A stretch of 64,000 nucleotides of DNA. Origin: the human T2T-CHM13v2.0 reference genome, Homo sapiens. The stretch lies in the NCBI RefSeq assembly GCF_009914755.1, contig NC_060926.1; one strand, given 5' to 3'. Below the pieces are notes generated by a model, which was not told where the DNA came from, searched no databases, and worked only from the letters and a program-made list of their open reading frames with translations. The stretch's first letter is position 1; every line of letters begins with the position of its first letter. The position numbers and the translations under genes are program-made. This document shows positions 29,686 through 41,480 of the stretch, piece after piece.

Positions 29686-30194
29686 TTAATAATATGAACA
29701 GCCTAAAAACTTTGGCCCAAGTCTGTTATCTGTGATGGTGGTGGGAGGTGGGGGGAAGCAGGGGCCCTGTCGAAAATGCAGACTCCCTGGCCCTCATTGG
29801 GTATACCCTGAGTAGAGCCTGGGAATGTACACTTTTAATAACAATCCAAAGTGATCTTTGACACAGGTGGTCTCAGAGCCACACTTTAAAAATGCACCGC
29901 AATGGCTCGGCAGCTGGAAGCTGTTAAGAGTTTTAAGCAAGGAAGTAACTGATGAGTGCTGCATGTCTCAACATTTGCCACTGGATTTCATTCTGAGTAT
30001 CAGAGACGGAAGCCTGATTATAGTGGTTTTAAAAGTGAACTGGAATTAGGAAATCAACTATTCTTTCAAAATGTATGACTGAGAAGAAAGAGACAAAATA
30101 ACAATGTGCATAAAGGAGTCTGACAACAGGTTTTTTATTTGTATTCATCGGGTAGAGAAGTAAGTCATATTGAAGCAACCCTAACGTCCTGGAT

Positions 30195-30620
30195 TGTATT
30201 TAAATGCCCCTCCAGATCCACTCTCCTCTCTATTCTGTGCCCCCAAAGCACCAACTTGTCCTCTGAAGTAGACCCCAGCAGGAGATGAGAGGATGGGAGA
30301 AGCGAGAGGCAGGGGCATGCTCTCCCGGCCGCAGCCCTCACTCAGGTTCGCTGTAGGCTGGCTGCGTCCTTCAACTGGAGGCCATAGCTCTTCCTCCCCT
30401 GCTGTGAAGCAGCCCCTGCTCCACAGCCACTATCTTGGGGTTCTGCTCCTTCCTTCCCTCTTGACCCTCCACATCTAGTGCAGCTGGCTCGGGAACTTCG
30501 CTATTCCTTGCTGATTTCCCAAGACCTGCCCACATCTTTGTAAATAGCTCTTTAAGTTACCTGGTTGCCTTAGTTACCTACTTCAATCTGTATCTCTTAG
30601 CAGAACCCTGAATGATACGT
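30195..30620 (-). mobile_element. LTR33-like ERVL LTR
   Basis: GCCCCTCCAGATCCACTCTCC...CTGTGCCCC...CAGGAGATGAGAGG...CCCACATCTTTGTAAATAG. Confidence 0.6.
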
Positions 30621-31409
30621 ATAACATTAAGCAGAATGTAAATGCCAGAACAATGCCAAATCCAAAATACTCTCGTGGCTCAAATAAGGAAGCAGTCACA
30701 TCAGATGGGATTCAGAAAAAGATTCGTGTGCAAGGTGCAGTGGATACAGGAAGGACGGTTAGGATTGGGAAGCCATGGTAGAAGAGGCACGTCACCAGTG
30801 CCTGTTCCGATCTCCTGAATCCTGAGCCTACCTTTCCACCCATCAGCTGCCCCAGTTGCCACACACTACATACTGAGAAAAGCCTGCTTCAATCACCCAT
30901 AGCACGCATAAAAATCATTAAAAGACCACTCTGCTGAGGGTCGTATTTATGGCTGCTTTTATTTTAAAGGAATCTTACCAAGTGCTATCATTGTAGAGTC
31001 CCACCTGTTAAACCAACTGGAGCCAAAAGCTGAGTGTGAGTTGTTTTTATTTCCCTGGAAAGTTGGCCCTGATGGACCCAATAAACCGAGTTGAAGGAGA
31101 TGAAGGCTGTTTGTACCTACAGAGGCAGTAACAACATAGGAAGCATTTTTAAAGCAGGGAGACAAAGAGCTCTTGAAGCAGTGAGGAAGCAGAAAAACCA
31201 CTTTTGACTCCAAATTCAAAACTAGATTTTAATCCTAGTTTAATCACTGTGTGGGCATACGACCGAACCCAAGCCTTGTATTTCCCTTCCTAAAAAGCAA
31301 GTCCTAAAGATTAAAAATGAAATACATATGAACAGATGTTAACGTCTCAAAATAAAAACATAAATAAATTCCAGAAATTTGATAATTTGTAAAGAGGAAG
31401 GAACTGTGC

Positions 31410-31620
31410 ATCAAACATCTACTAGAGGCCTGGCATTTTACAAAGATTATGGTTTCAATCTTCACAATAACCTACAAATAGGTACTACTACTTATTATTA
31501 TCCTTATTTTACAGATAAGGAAACCACGGCTTAAAGAAAAATTTAGTGTTTTGCCAAAGAGCACAAGGCTGGCAGAGTCTGGCTGCCAACCTAATCATGC
31601 CATTTCCACTACACCACTGC
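31410..31620 (-). mobile_element. MIR
   Basis: AATCTTCACAATAACCT...ATTTTACAGATAAGGAAAC...TTTCCACTACACCAC. Confidence 0.7.
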
Positions 31621-34330
31621 CCTACTACTTCCTCTTAATGAAGGACATGGAATACAGGGAAACCTACATTAGCTGCAATTGTCAGGGCTCGTGGTATTTT
31701 GCTTAGCTGCTCTGAATTAAACAGAGAGGCAGTTTCAACTCTCTTTACTATTGAAAACATCTTCAAAATTTAGTAGTTCACTTTCCTCCTCTAAGTTTTT
31801 ATTTATTTTCTCTCCAATTTGGTCCAAAAAGAATTTGGGCAGCTTTATCAGTTAATAAGACAAACAGAGAATCATGGAATTTTAAAACTAAGCCCAACAC
31901 ACATAGAGGAGGAAACTCATTCATGTATAGTAACATATCTAAAACCGTTAACTGACAGGAGCTAAAACACAGATTCAAGATTCTCAGTCCCATATGCCTT
32001 CCTGATGAAAAGGAATCGTTCACAGCAGACTCTCCGGGTTTTCAGTGTTCTCATGATGAAGACTAATGCTCATTATGAGTGTAAAAGTAGACAGGAGAGA
32101 GAAATGAGTTAAATATTTATGTTCTAAACCTAGAGCATTCAAATGGCAAGTTGAAAATAAATCTTTGATCTGCTTGTTTTGTTGCCATTCACCTTCTCTT
32201 CCTAAAAGTCATACTCTTAAGAAGGCTCAATACTGAGAACTTCACCTGTTTCTTCATCTATAAAATGGAATTCATCATAGTACAGACCTGCAGGAAGATT
32301 AAAGAAGTGAATGTTTTCAACTACCCTTTTCCATAACATCAACTTCACTTCACTGGTTATCTGCACGGTGCAGGGGAAGAGCGGGGGGCGGGGGTTGGGA
32401 ATATATAGAAAAGATCAGTCAATGAACTGTCCAAAAAGGAAACAAGGATCTCGTAAGCCCACAATGCTTTCTCTCCCTTACACATCATCATTTTCTCTGT
32501 GTCAACCACAACCCCTAGTCCTTCAGTGTCGACTTCAGGGACCTTCAGTTGCTCTCCTCCTTTCCCTCCAAAAATATGATCTAAAACAATGATCTACCAA
32601 AAATATTTGCCACATATTATTAAGACCATAAACTAAACCTGACCTTTTTTATTCAAATGGTAAATACATACGTGCACGCACACACACACCCGTGAAGCTA
32701 AATACTTCAGGTCTTGAACTTTATCTGACTTCACCAGGTGTTGTGAGGATTTGATTAAATAATATAATCTGTGTGAAACAGCTTTGAAAACTGTATTAAG
32801 TGTTAGACATTATAATTATTATCTGACTTTGCAGGATTAGTAACATATAACCATTCCTCCTTCCCCTTCCCCGTCCAAACCTTTCAAAAGATCCTGAGTC
32901 TCCATCTTGCCCCTTTCCCTGCCCGGAATTCAGCATATTATCTGTAAAACAATGAATGACCCCTGTCCCTAAACATGGCTGTTCAATGACTTTATACAGG
33001 CCAGCTTCATCCCTAACTGGCCTTCTGCCAAGTATGCCATCCTGGATATCACATCACTAGGGAAATTTACTCTAGTTTCATAGCAGTAATTACAGCATCA
33101 TGAGAAATAAGGACAGAAAATGGTTAAAAAGGCAAGAAAGAGATGGGAGGGAGGGAGGAAGAGGGAAAAGGCTGGATAGCAACCTCAGTTTGGTAACCGG
33201 GAGTTAGGCAAATCGAATGTAATAGCGTACAGGATATGTTAAGATTGAAAAATAAAAACACTCTAAAAAATAGGTTGATCTGGGACATTTAATTATTTTG
33301 TTTCATTTTGGTGCTCGCTTTCGAGTCTTAAAAATCCAGCACATCAGCAACTATTAATAATAAAGAACACAGATACCTTCAGTGATTCCTGATGTTGTCT
33401 AAACAGCACACTTGGGCCTTTTCTTGGCACAGCTCTTTCTCAGTCCATTTCCCTCCTCAAAACCCACTCTCCATACATTCCTTTAATCATAACCACCTAC
33501 TAAACATTACCCTAGAAATAAAGTCATCTGGAAAACAAGGCCTAGAAAGGCAAACATCAGATGCCGATACTTCCTATCTTAAAGCATCATGTAACTTCAC
33601 TTGATAATAGATTCTACATTTTTATTAAAATTTAAGGCCTATTGAACAAATACTATGGCTACCTAAATTCCAATACCTCTGGAATTCTCAGTAAAAATTA
33701 AGCAACCCAGGAGTCTAAGGCAAAGTATTTTGCTTCTTTTCCTTCCCTGGCCTCAGCCTAACCACAAAACACTTCCTCCTTTCTGCTACCTTGCCCTGCA
33801 AGGTGCATTCTTACATTCCATGCAGACCCATAATTTCTATCATCTCATAAATTCCACACTTACCTAGTAAAAAGTTAATTGTTTTTCTTACACTAAAGTC
33901 CTTTTCTTCCTCGGACATCAAACAACTGCTTTTATAATTTCCCAATTTTTCAAAACATTGTTAATTAGCACATACCAAATTAACATACTAACAAGTTATA
34001 TTTTTACACTTTTCATTTCCTGATTTGTCTTTTTCCTGTTGAATCACACTATGTGATTATAACAAATTCATAAGATTTCTCTCAACTTGGAATAAATGAT
34101 TTACATTATAAAAATTTTTATTTTGCTCAACTTTAAAATAATGGATAAATGACTTTAGTCATCCAATTTTACAAAATTGAGTTTTTAGTTATTCCAACAG
34201 CTTCATCAACAAGAAAGTCAACTCTAAGGTGCTTCAAAGAACAACTTATTATCACTATGAAAAGTTAAGGCTTGTGTGGTATTAATCCAATATTTTAAAG
34301 CCTTGCTCAAAGAGAAAACAACTCAAACTA

Positions 34331-35323
34331 CAGTCATGTGTCACTTAATGATGAGGCTATGTTCTGAAAAATGCATCATTAGGCAATTTTGTTGCTGTGT
34401 GGACACCATAGTGTACTTACACAAACCTAGATGGCATAGTCTGCTACACACCTAGACCAGATGGTACAGCCTAGGAGGGTGAGTGACCAGCGTGTGAATG
34501 CAAAGGTCCAGGACTTTACCGTACACCACTGTAGACTTCATAAATACTCTACATTTACGCTACACTGAATTTATAAAATATATTTTCCTTTCTTCAATAA
34601 TAAATTAACCTTGGCTTACTGTAACTTTTTTACTTTATTAAGTTTTTAATTCTTTTATAATAACAGCGTAAAACATACTGTACAGTTGTATAAAAATATT
34701 CTTCCTTTATATCCTTATTCTATCGGCTTTTTTCTATTAAAATTTTTTTAATTTAAAAAACGATTAAAAACTAAGACACAAACACACACACTAGCCTAGG
34801 CCCACACAGGGTCAGGATCATTAACATCACTGTCTTCCACCTCCACAGCCTGTCCCACTGAAAGGTCTTCAGGGGCAATAACATGCACGGAGCTGTCATG
34901 TCCTACAATAACAATGCCTTCTGGAATATTTCCTGAAGGCCCTGCCTCAGGCTGTTCCACAGTTAATTTTTTTTTTAAATAAATAGGAGTATACTCTAAA
35001 ACAACAATAAAAAGTATAGTAAATACATAAACCAGTGATGCACTTAGGATTATCAAATATTACGTACTGTACCTAATTGTGTAGTATACACAATGTGCTA
35101 GACTTTTATAGGACTGGCAGCACAGTAGGTTTGGACTGGCAGCACATTAGGTTTGTTTACACTGGCATCACCACAAACACATGAGTAATGCGTGGTGCTA
35201 CGACATGACAATGACTACAGCTTTACTAGGCAATAGGAATTGTTCAGCTCCATCATAATCTTACGAGACCACCAGCAGACATGTGGTCTGATGACCAAAA
35301 TGTCACTATGCAGTGCACGACTG
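34331..35323. mobile_element. Tigger3(b) TcMar DNA transposon deletion derivative
   Basis: Terminal inverted repeats TA|CAGTCATGTGTCACTTAATGA ... TCACTATGCAGTGCACGACTG|TG (decayed TA target duplication). Internal GTGTACTTACACAAACCTAGATGG motif. Confidence 0.85.
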
Positions 35324-36779
35324 TGCTATACAAAGTCAGGGCTACACATGGCTGTACAAATTTAGAGTAGTCCCAAGGTACCAACTTAAGACCTTTAGCT
35401 AATAAAGAAGGATGTCAAAAATTTTAAGTCCTGTCACTTTCCCTTGATTCTCCTGCTTACTTCAGTACTGAAAAGAACTTTCTCTGGATGCTTAAATGCG
35501 TTCATTAATAGCAAATCACTTTAAAAAGTTATAAGCATTATATAAATGAATAGGTATTATTAGCATAGTCAAGAAAATATTTCAGCATAGCAGGGACGGG
35601 TAGGGCTATGGCAGACATGGAGCGGGAGGGAAAGAAAGATGGGGGAGAGAAAAAGGGAACGTGAACATGTGCCCATCTCTCTGAAAGAAATGTAAATATA
35701 TAAACCTATCTCCCTTGCTCCTCATCAGCAAAGAACTTTTCAACAGACACCCACCCTGCATTTGCTGATATACTGGAAGTAGCCTATTTAAGGCAGGAGT
35801 GTGATATGCTAAAAGGTCATACACTGCACACCAGTGTGGAAATGTCAGCAAGAATCCTCCGCGGGGCCGGGAGGATGAAAAACCCTAAATTCTGGTCAAT
35901 TTATTAATAAAGAGAGAAGAATATTTTCTTCGAATACACGATTAATTTCACTACCATACTTTATTAGCAAGACACCCATTAGAACTCTTGTTCAAGACAG
36001 GTGGGGGATAGGTACTTTACTATTAACCAGAAGTTATGACCGCGATGTGGAATTTCAACAGAAGCCACAATTGTTTAACACTCCTTCGACATACTTAAGG
36101 CGATTTTATTTAAAACAGTAAAGCACAAAGCAGCTAGTATCCTAATGTCAGGTTTCCAGCTTGCTGCTATGGAAAGCCGTCTGGACAAGAAGGAATCCCG
36201 TATTGAAGTGAAATCCCTGAAGACTAAATGACAGCAGCACCTTCAAGTTCAAGACAGTGAACCAGTATCCCGTGTGAAGTCCAAACACTTCCAGGTTAAG
36301 TACACTTGAAATAACTGTAAGCAAAATTTCCAAAGTTAACTACCTTTAGCCTGGGGCTAGAGCAATCACCTAACTATACACCCCCGCCCCCCAGCCCCCG
36401 CCTCATTAACAACTTCCCTAAATCTCACTGTCACAACAAAATACTTCCAAACTTTCTTTTCTCAGTAAAAATGGCGCTGCTTTTCCCATCACAATGCTGT
36501 TTATTTCTCAGTAATCGTTAGGCCCTTTAAACCATCAAACTCGATTGGCCTCATTTAAATACCACCCTTCCCTAGACACTGTCAAGAGCTTTTCTGAGGG
36601 CTGGGCAAGGAGGTAAAGTGGCTGCATCAATCTACAAGGTTGCCACTTTGTCAGCAAGAATCCTGGGATTAACTCCGACTTTTCTTCATAACCTGTCTGC
36701 CTTCCCACAAACTGTTGCCTCTGTCTCTCTTAAGCCACAATCCAACGCAAACTGTCCCCAAAGTGCAGTAGCGCTTAAG

Positions 36780-38300
36780 CCTCTCCGGGCCCCTAGCACC
36801 CATCGACGCCGTCTCTAAGGCACCCAGCACACCCAGACCCATGCATCAGCCTCTCCGGGGGTCGCTCAGAGGCGCGCGCGGGGCAGGCAGCACCACGCCA
36901 GGCTCCCCAAAGCGCAGCCTTCCGCACCCTTTCCACAACCCGGTCCATGCGCACCGGGGGCTGCTCCGGGACCCGACCACCGGATCCGAGCGCCGCTGCC
37001 GCGAAGGGCAGGGACCGCATGCACACCCGCACGCCCATACGACCACCCTCCCCGGGGGCTGTCGCCGGCAACAACGCCCGGCCCACCTCCCGCTCGGCCC
37101 GGGGATGGCGGGCTGGGGGCGCACCCAGGAGGGAGGGGGCTCTGGGACAATAACCGGCTTGTTGCCCCCTCCCTTCCAGGGAGCGGCGGGTAGGGGGGCA
37201 CCGGGCGCCCGGCCCCAGCCCCCACCCTCCTCCCGGGCCCCCGGTCGGGTGGCACCGCGGCGGGGAGGGGCGGCGAGGGCGCGACGCCCGGCGCCAGGGC
37301 GCCTCGGGGTACCTGGTCGATGGGCAGCTGCACGGCGTTGCTGAGGGGCTGCAGCAGGGTGGAGCCCGTGGTGCTGGTGGTGGCCATGGCCGGGCCTCGG
37401 CGCTCCGGCCGCCCGCGCCGCTCGCCCGCTCGCGCTGTGCCGGGCGACGACGAGGATGGGGATGCAGCGGCGCGCCCGCCCCTGGGCCGCCCGCGGTCGG
37501 AGCTCTGCGCGGGGAAGGCCGGGGAGGGGCCGGGGGCGGTGCCCGGCTCGCACCTCCCCCTCCGCCGCCACCTCCTCCCGCGCCCGCCGCCCCCGACCGC
37601 CCTGCACAGGCGCGGCCCGTCCTGCCGTCGCCCCCGTCGTCCCCGCCCCGGCGCCCCAGCCGCATCCCCCGCCCCCGACTTCCAGCAGCTTCCAGCGGCC
37701 CCCTCCCCACCTCGCGCGCTCTCGCTCCAGACAGCTGCGCGACCCAATCGCGGCGCGACGCCCTGACGCCCGCAGCCAATCAGAGAGCGCCGGCCGCGCC
37801 ACGCCCCTCCCCCGTGCCGAGGACCCGGGCGAGGGCGCCGAGGCGCGGCCCGGGCCGTCGCCGGAGAACGGCTGGCCAGCGTCGTGGGGCGCGCTCCTCG
37901 GGTGAGAGCATGGAAGAGCGTCTTTGCCCCTCACTCCTCGGTTTCTCCTCCCTGGAATGTCGCGGCCCCCCACCCCTCTCTGGGAGAGACGGCAGACAAC
38001 AAAGGGGCCCGGGGTGGCGGCCGGAGGGACGATGTGAGGGACGCCGCCGAGCCAGCGCCAGGGGAAGTTGGGGACGAAGGTGGGGGCTGGGAGGACGACA
38101 AACCAAAACAGCGACCTGGCTGAGAAGCCCCTTTGTCTGGGAGAGTGCCGGGTGAAAGCCCAAAGCTGAGAGCAGCCCCGGGGTCTGACGCTTTCGTCAC
38201 CCTGCAGCCGCACCCGGGCCTTTGGGTGGTGAGAGCTGGGCCTGGGTTCGACGCCCGCGGGCGCAGGGAGACCGGCTCCCCTTTGCTGTGTGAAAGTTTA
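36780..38300. promoter_or_regulatory. CpG island / MBOAT2 promoter
   Basis: Very GC- and CpG-rich tract around exon 1. Two CCAAT boxes (37744-37748, 37776-37780), TGACG half-CRE (37764-37768), GCCACGCCCC Sp/KLF site near 37798-37807, several GC boxes. Confidence 0.93.
37313..37387 (-). CDS. MBOAT2: MBOAT2 (membrane-bound O-acyltransferase / lysophospholipid acyltransferase 2), coding part of exon 1, codons 1-25
   Basis: Minus strand reads GCC-ATG-G (strong Kozak) MATTSTTGSTLLQPLSNAVQLPIDQ then CAG|GTACCC donor (GT at 37312-37311, phase 0). The peptide matches the recalled N-terminus of human MBOAT2. It sits in a CpG island; later exons are outside the window. Confidence 0.96.
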
Positions 38301-38599
38301 GTTCTTTGTAGCCAGCCGCCCTCGTTGAAGGCCCCACCTTCTTCCTGAGAAAGTTTCTAAGCATCCCTTCACCCCTTGAGCGCAGGCACCCCCAGACTGT
38401 TGAAGTCCGCCAGGTTTACATACCCTGGCGGGTCACGTGTATATATAATCCCCCCAACTTCGTAAAAGTAAGCCATTTGAGTTCCTTTAAAATGCAAACG
38501 TCAACTTCTGTTCAGAAGACTTTAAAAGAGGAGAAATGCCACAGCAGTTATGAGGACAAATCAAGACTCAAGGATTTGGCAGTTTAACTTTGGTAGAAA

Positions 38600-38800
38600 T
38601 AACTAATGTTTACTGAGAGTTTAACCACAGCTTTAATACTTTTGGTATTTAATCCTCACAATAACCGTGTGAAATAGACACTTTTACACACCCTCCTTCA
38701 AGGAAGTTGAGTCACAGAAGAGGTAACTTGCCCAGGGGCACACAGCTGGTAAGTAGATTGGAATCCAAGTAAATCTACATTTAGAGCCGACCTTATCACT
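38600..38800 (-). mobile_element. MIR
   Basis: ATTTAATCCTCACAATAACC...GTAACTTGCCCAGGGGCACACAGCTGGTAAGT. Confidence 0.7.
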
Positions 38801-39498
38801 AGGCCTTCATCTCTCTCACACTTAACACCCATTCCAGAAACTCCCGTCAGCTATCAGTTATACCATTGGGTTGATGACTAGCTTAGAGTCTTGAATAAGA
38901 AGGCAGCACAGATAAAAATACACCTGCCTTAGTAATCAGTCTGTGGGCTTACGTTTGTCTCTCTGAAAAGGAGGCAGTGGAACTCATCAGTGCAATCCCG
39001 TCTTGCCTAGAATCCTTTCACTGGTCGACTCAATCCTAGTTTGGTGGATTCTCAGCTGAAATGGAATAGAGGATAAAAGGAAGAGTAAAAAGAACAGGAC
39101 CTTCATTCCCCCAGGGGAGTGTTCCAGTGGGATTTGTAATCAATTAGAGAGCTGCTTATTACAGTATATTAATCCAAAAACCCAGACCTATTAATATTAT
39201 ATTAGAAAGAAACCATTTTTTTTTCCTTTTCTTCACTTTAGAAAAGTAGAGGAAGCGCACAGGTGGCTGAGCATACAAACTGAAGAAAAAATTGAAATGC
39301 CATTTTAAAAACTTGAAAGGTGGGTGTTGGGAACATATTGCAACCTAAAGTAAGCAGCATGGAGATACAATCTCAGAGCTAGAACAAATAATGTCTGCAG
39401 AAAGGAGTTTCCTTAAGCTAAATTTTTATTTTAGTCAGACATGACAGAACATAATCTGTATTTGGGGTAACTACATGAAATTATTTAATATCTAGAAT

Positions 39499-39605
39499 GG
39501 TTGAGCGCTGTGGCTCATGCCTGTAATCCCAGCAGTGAGCTGTGATCGCACCACTGCACCCCAGCCTGGATGACAGAGTGAGACCCTGTCTCAAAAAAAT
39601 AAATA
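39499..39605 (+). mobile_element. Internally deleted AluJ-like element
   Basis: Alu 5' end (...TGTAATCCCAGCA) joined directly to the Alu 3' end (GTGAGCTGTGATCGCACCACTGCAC...GACCCTGTCTC) plus A-tail. Confidence 0.8.
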
Positions 39606-40230
<625 letters not shown>

Positions 40231-40242
40231 TTAAGAAAGATT

Positions 40243-40318
40243 ATATTAGAGTTCTCCAGAGAAACACAACCAATAGGAGATAGATATGGTTTTGCTTCTC
40301 TGGAGAACTCTAGATAGA

Positions 40319-40364
<46 letters not shown>

Positions 40365-40832
40365 AATAGATATGGAAATAGATAGACAGAAGTTTATTAT
40401 GAGAGATTGGGTTGAGATTATGAAGGCTGAGAAGTCCCACGATCATCTGCCATCTGTAAGCTAAAGGCCGAGGAAAGCCAGTAGTGTAGGTCCAGTCCAA
40501 GCCCAAAGGCCTGAGAAACACAGGAGCCAACAGTGTAGTTCAGTTTATGTCCAAAAGCCTGAGAACCAGGAGCAATGATATCCGAGGGCAGGAGATGATG
40601 GATGTCCCTGTTCAGAGTGAATTCACCCTTCCTCCACCTTTTTGTTCTATTTGGGCCCTCAGCAGATGTGATGACGCCGGGGTACGTGGGTGAGAAAATC
40701 TTTACTCAATGTACCAATTCGAATGCTGATCTCTGCAGGAAACATGCTCAAATACACATTGAGAAATAATGTTTCAATAGCTCTATCTGGGCACCTTTTA
40801 GCCCAGTCAAGCTGACACATAATATTAATCCA
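40243..40832 (-). mobile_element. MLT2 (MLT2B-like) ERVL solo LTR
   Basis: TATTAGAGTTCTCCAGAGAAAC..AACCAATAGGA at one end and GCCCAGTCAAGCTGACACATAATATTAA at the other; GGCTGAGAAGTCCCACGATC internally. Confidence 0.85.
40321..40360. repeat. (AGAT)10 tetranucleotide STR
   Basis: Directly visible perfect run. Confidence 0.95.
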
Positions 40833-41289
40833 AGAAATTTAGTATAATTCTGAAAATGGAAACCATTTGTTTCGTATTAAATATACTACCTCTTCATGTT
40901 TTTAATGAAGAATTGAAGCTGGCATTTTAAGCTGATAACTCATTGATGGTAGCATAAACTGTGTGCAGGCCATACAATTAGCCTGACCAGTATCTGCTAA
41001 TTATACCAGAAGCTCTTCAGTGGAGACAAAAGAGAAAAGAATTAAACTAATTGTATATAATGCCTCACTGCCCTACCTTGGGTAACATCCATCCTATAAA
41101 GAGCAATTCTTGTGTTAAAACATTTATTGACCACTTACTATGTTCAAGGAGCTATGTGGGGTGACGTAAAGGATAAATGATGCCTGTAATCAAAAGAAGA
41201 AAACAGTCGTATTCACAAATTCACATGTTACAAGAAAAGTATCAAGGAAGTTTCTTTTTTTAATGTTAAAATCAAAGGAATATGTCTGT

Positions 41290-41480
41290 AAGAAAGAAGC
41301 TTAGCTTGAAGTTAAAAGACCTGAATTTTAACCCTAACTTTTCCACCAGATAGCTATGAACTTTAGAAATTGGCTTAGCTTCTCTGTGCCTTAAGTTTCC
41401 CATTGTTAAATATGAATAATGGTAACTGTTCATCCTACCTCATAGGAGTGTTGTGACTATGAGCATGAACTTAATCATAG
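41290..41480 (+). mobile_element. MIR
   Basis: AAGACCTGAATTTTAACCC...CTCTGTGCCTTAAGTTTCC...CCTACCTCATAGGAGTGTTGTG. Confidence 0.6.

Noticed and set aside
33311-33323. GTGCTCGCTT(T)CG resembling the U6 snRNA 5' end
   Set aside because: Only ~12 nt match with no continuation; compatible with chance.
36793-38348. Long overlapping ORFs (up to 455 aa) on both strands
   Set aside because: Low-complexity Arg/Gly/Pro/Ala translations expected from stop-poor CpG-island DNA. Only the 25 codons of MBOAT2 exon 1 are supported.
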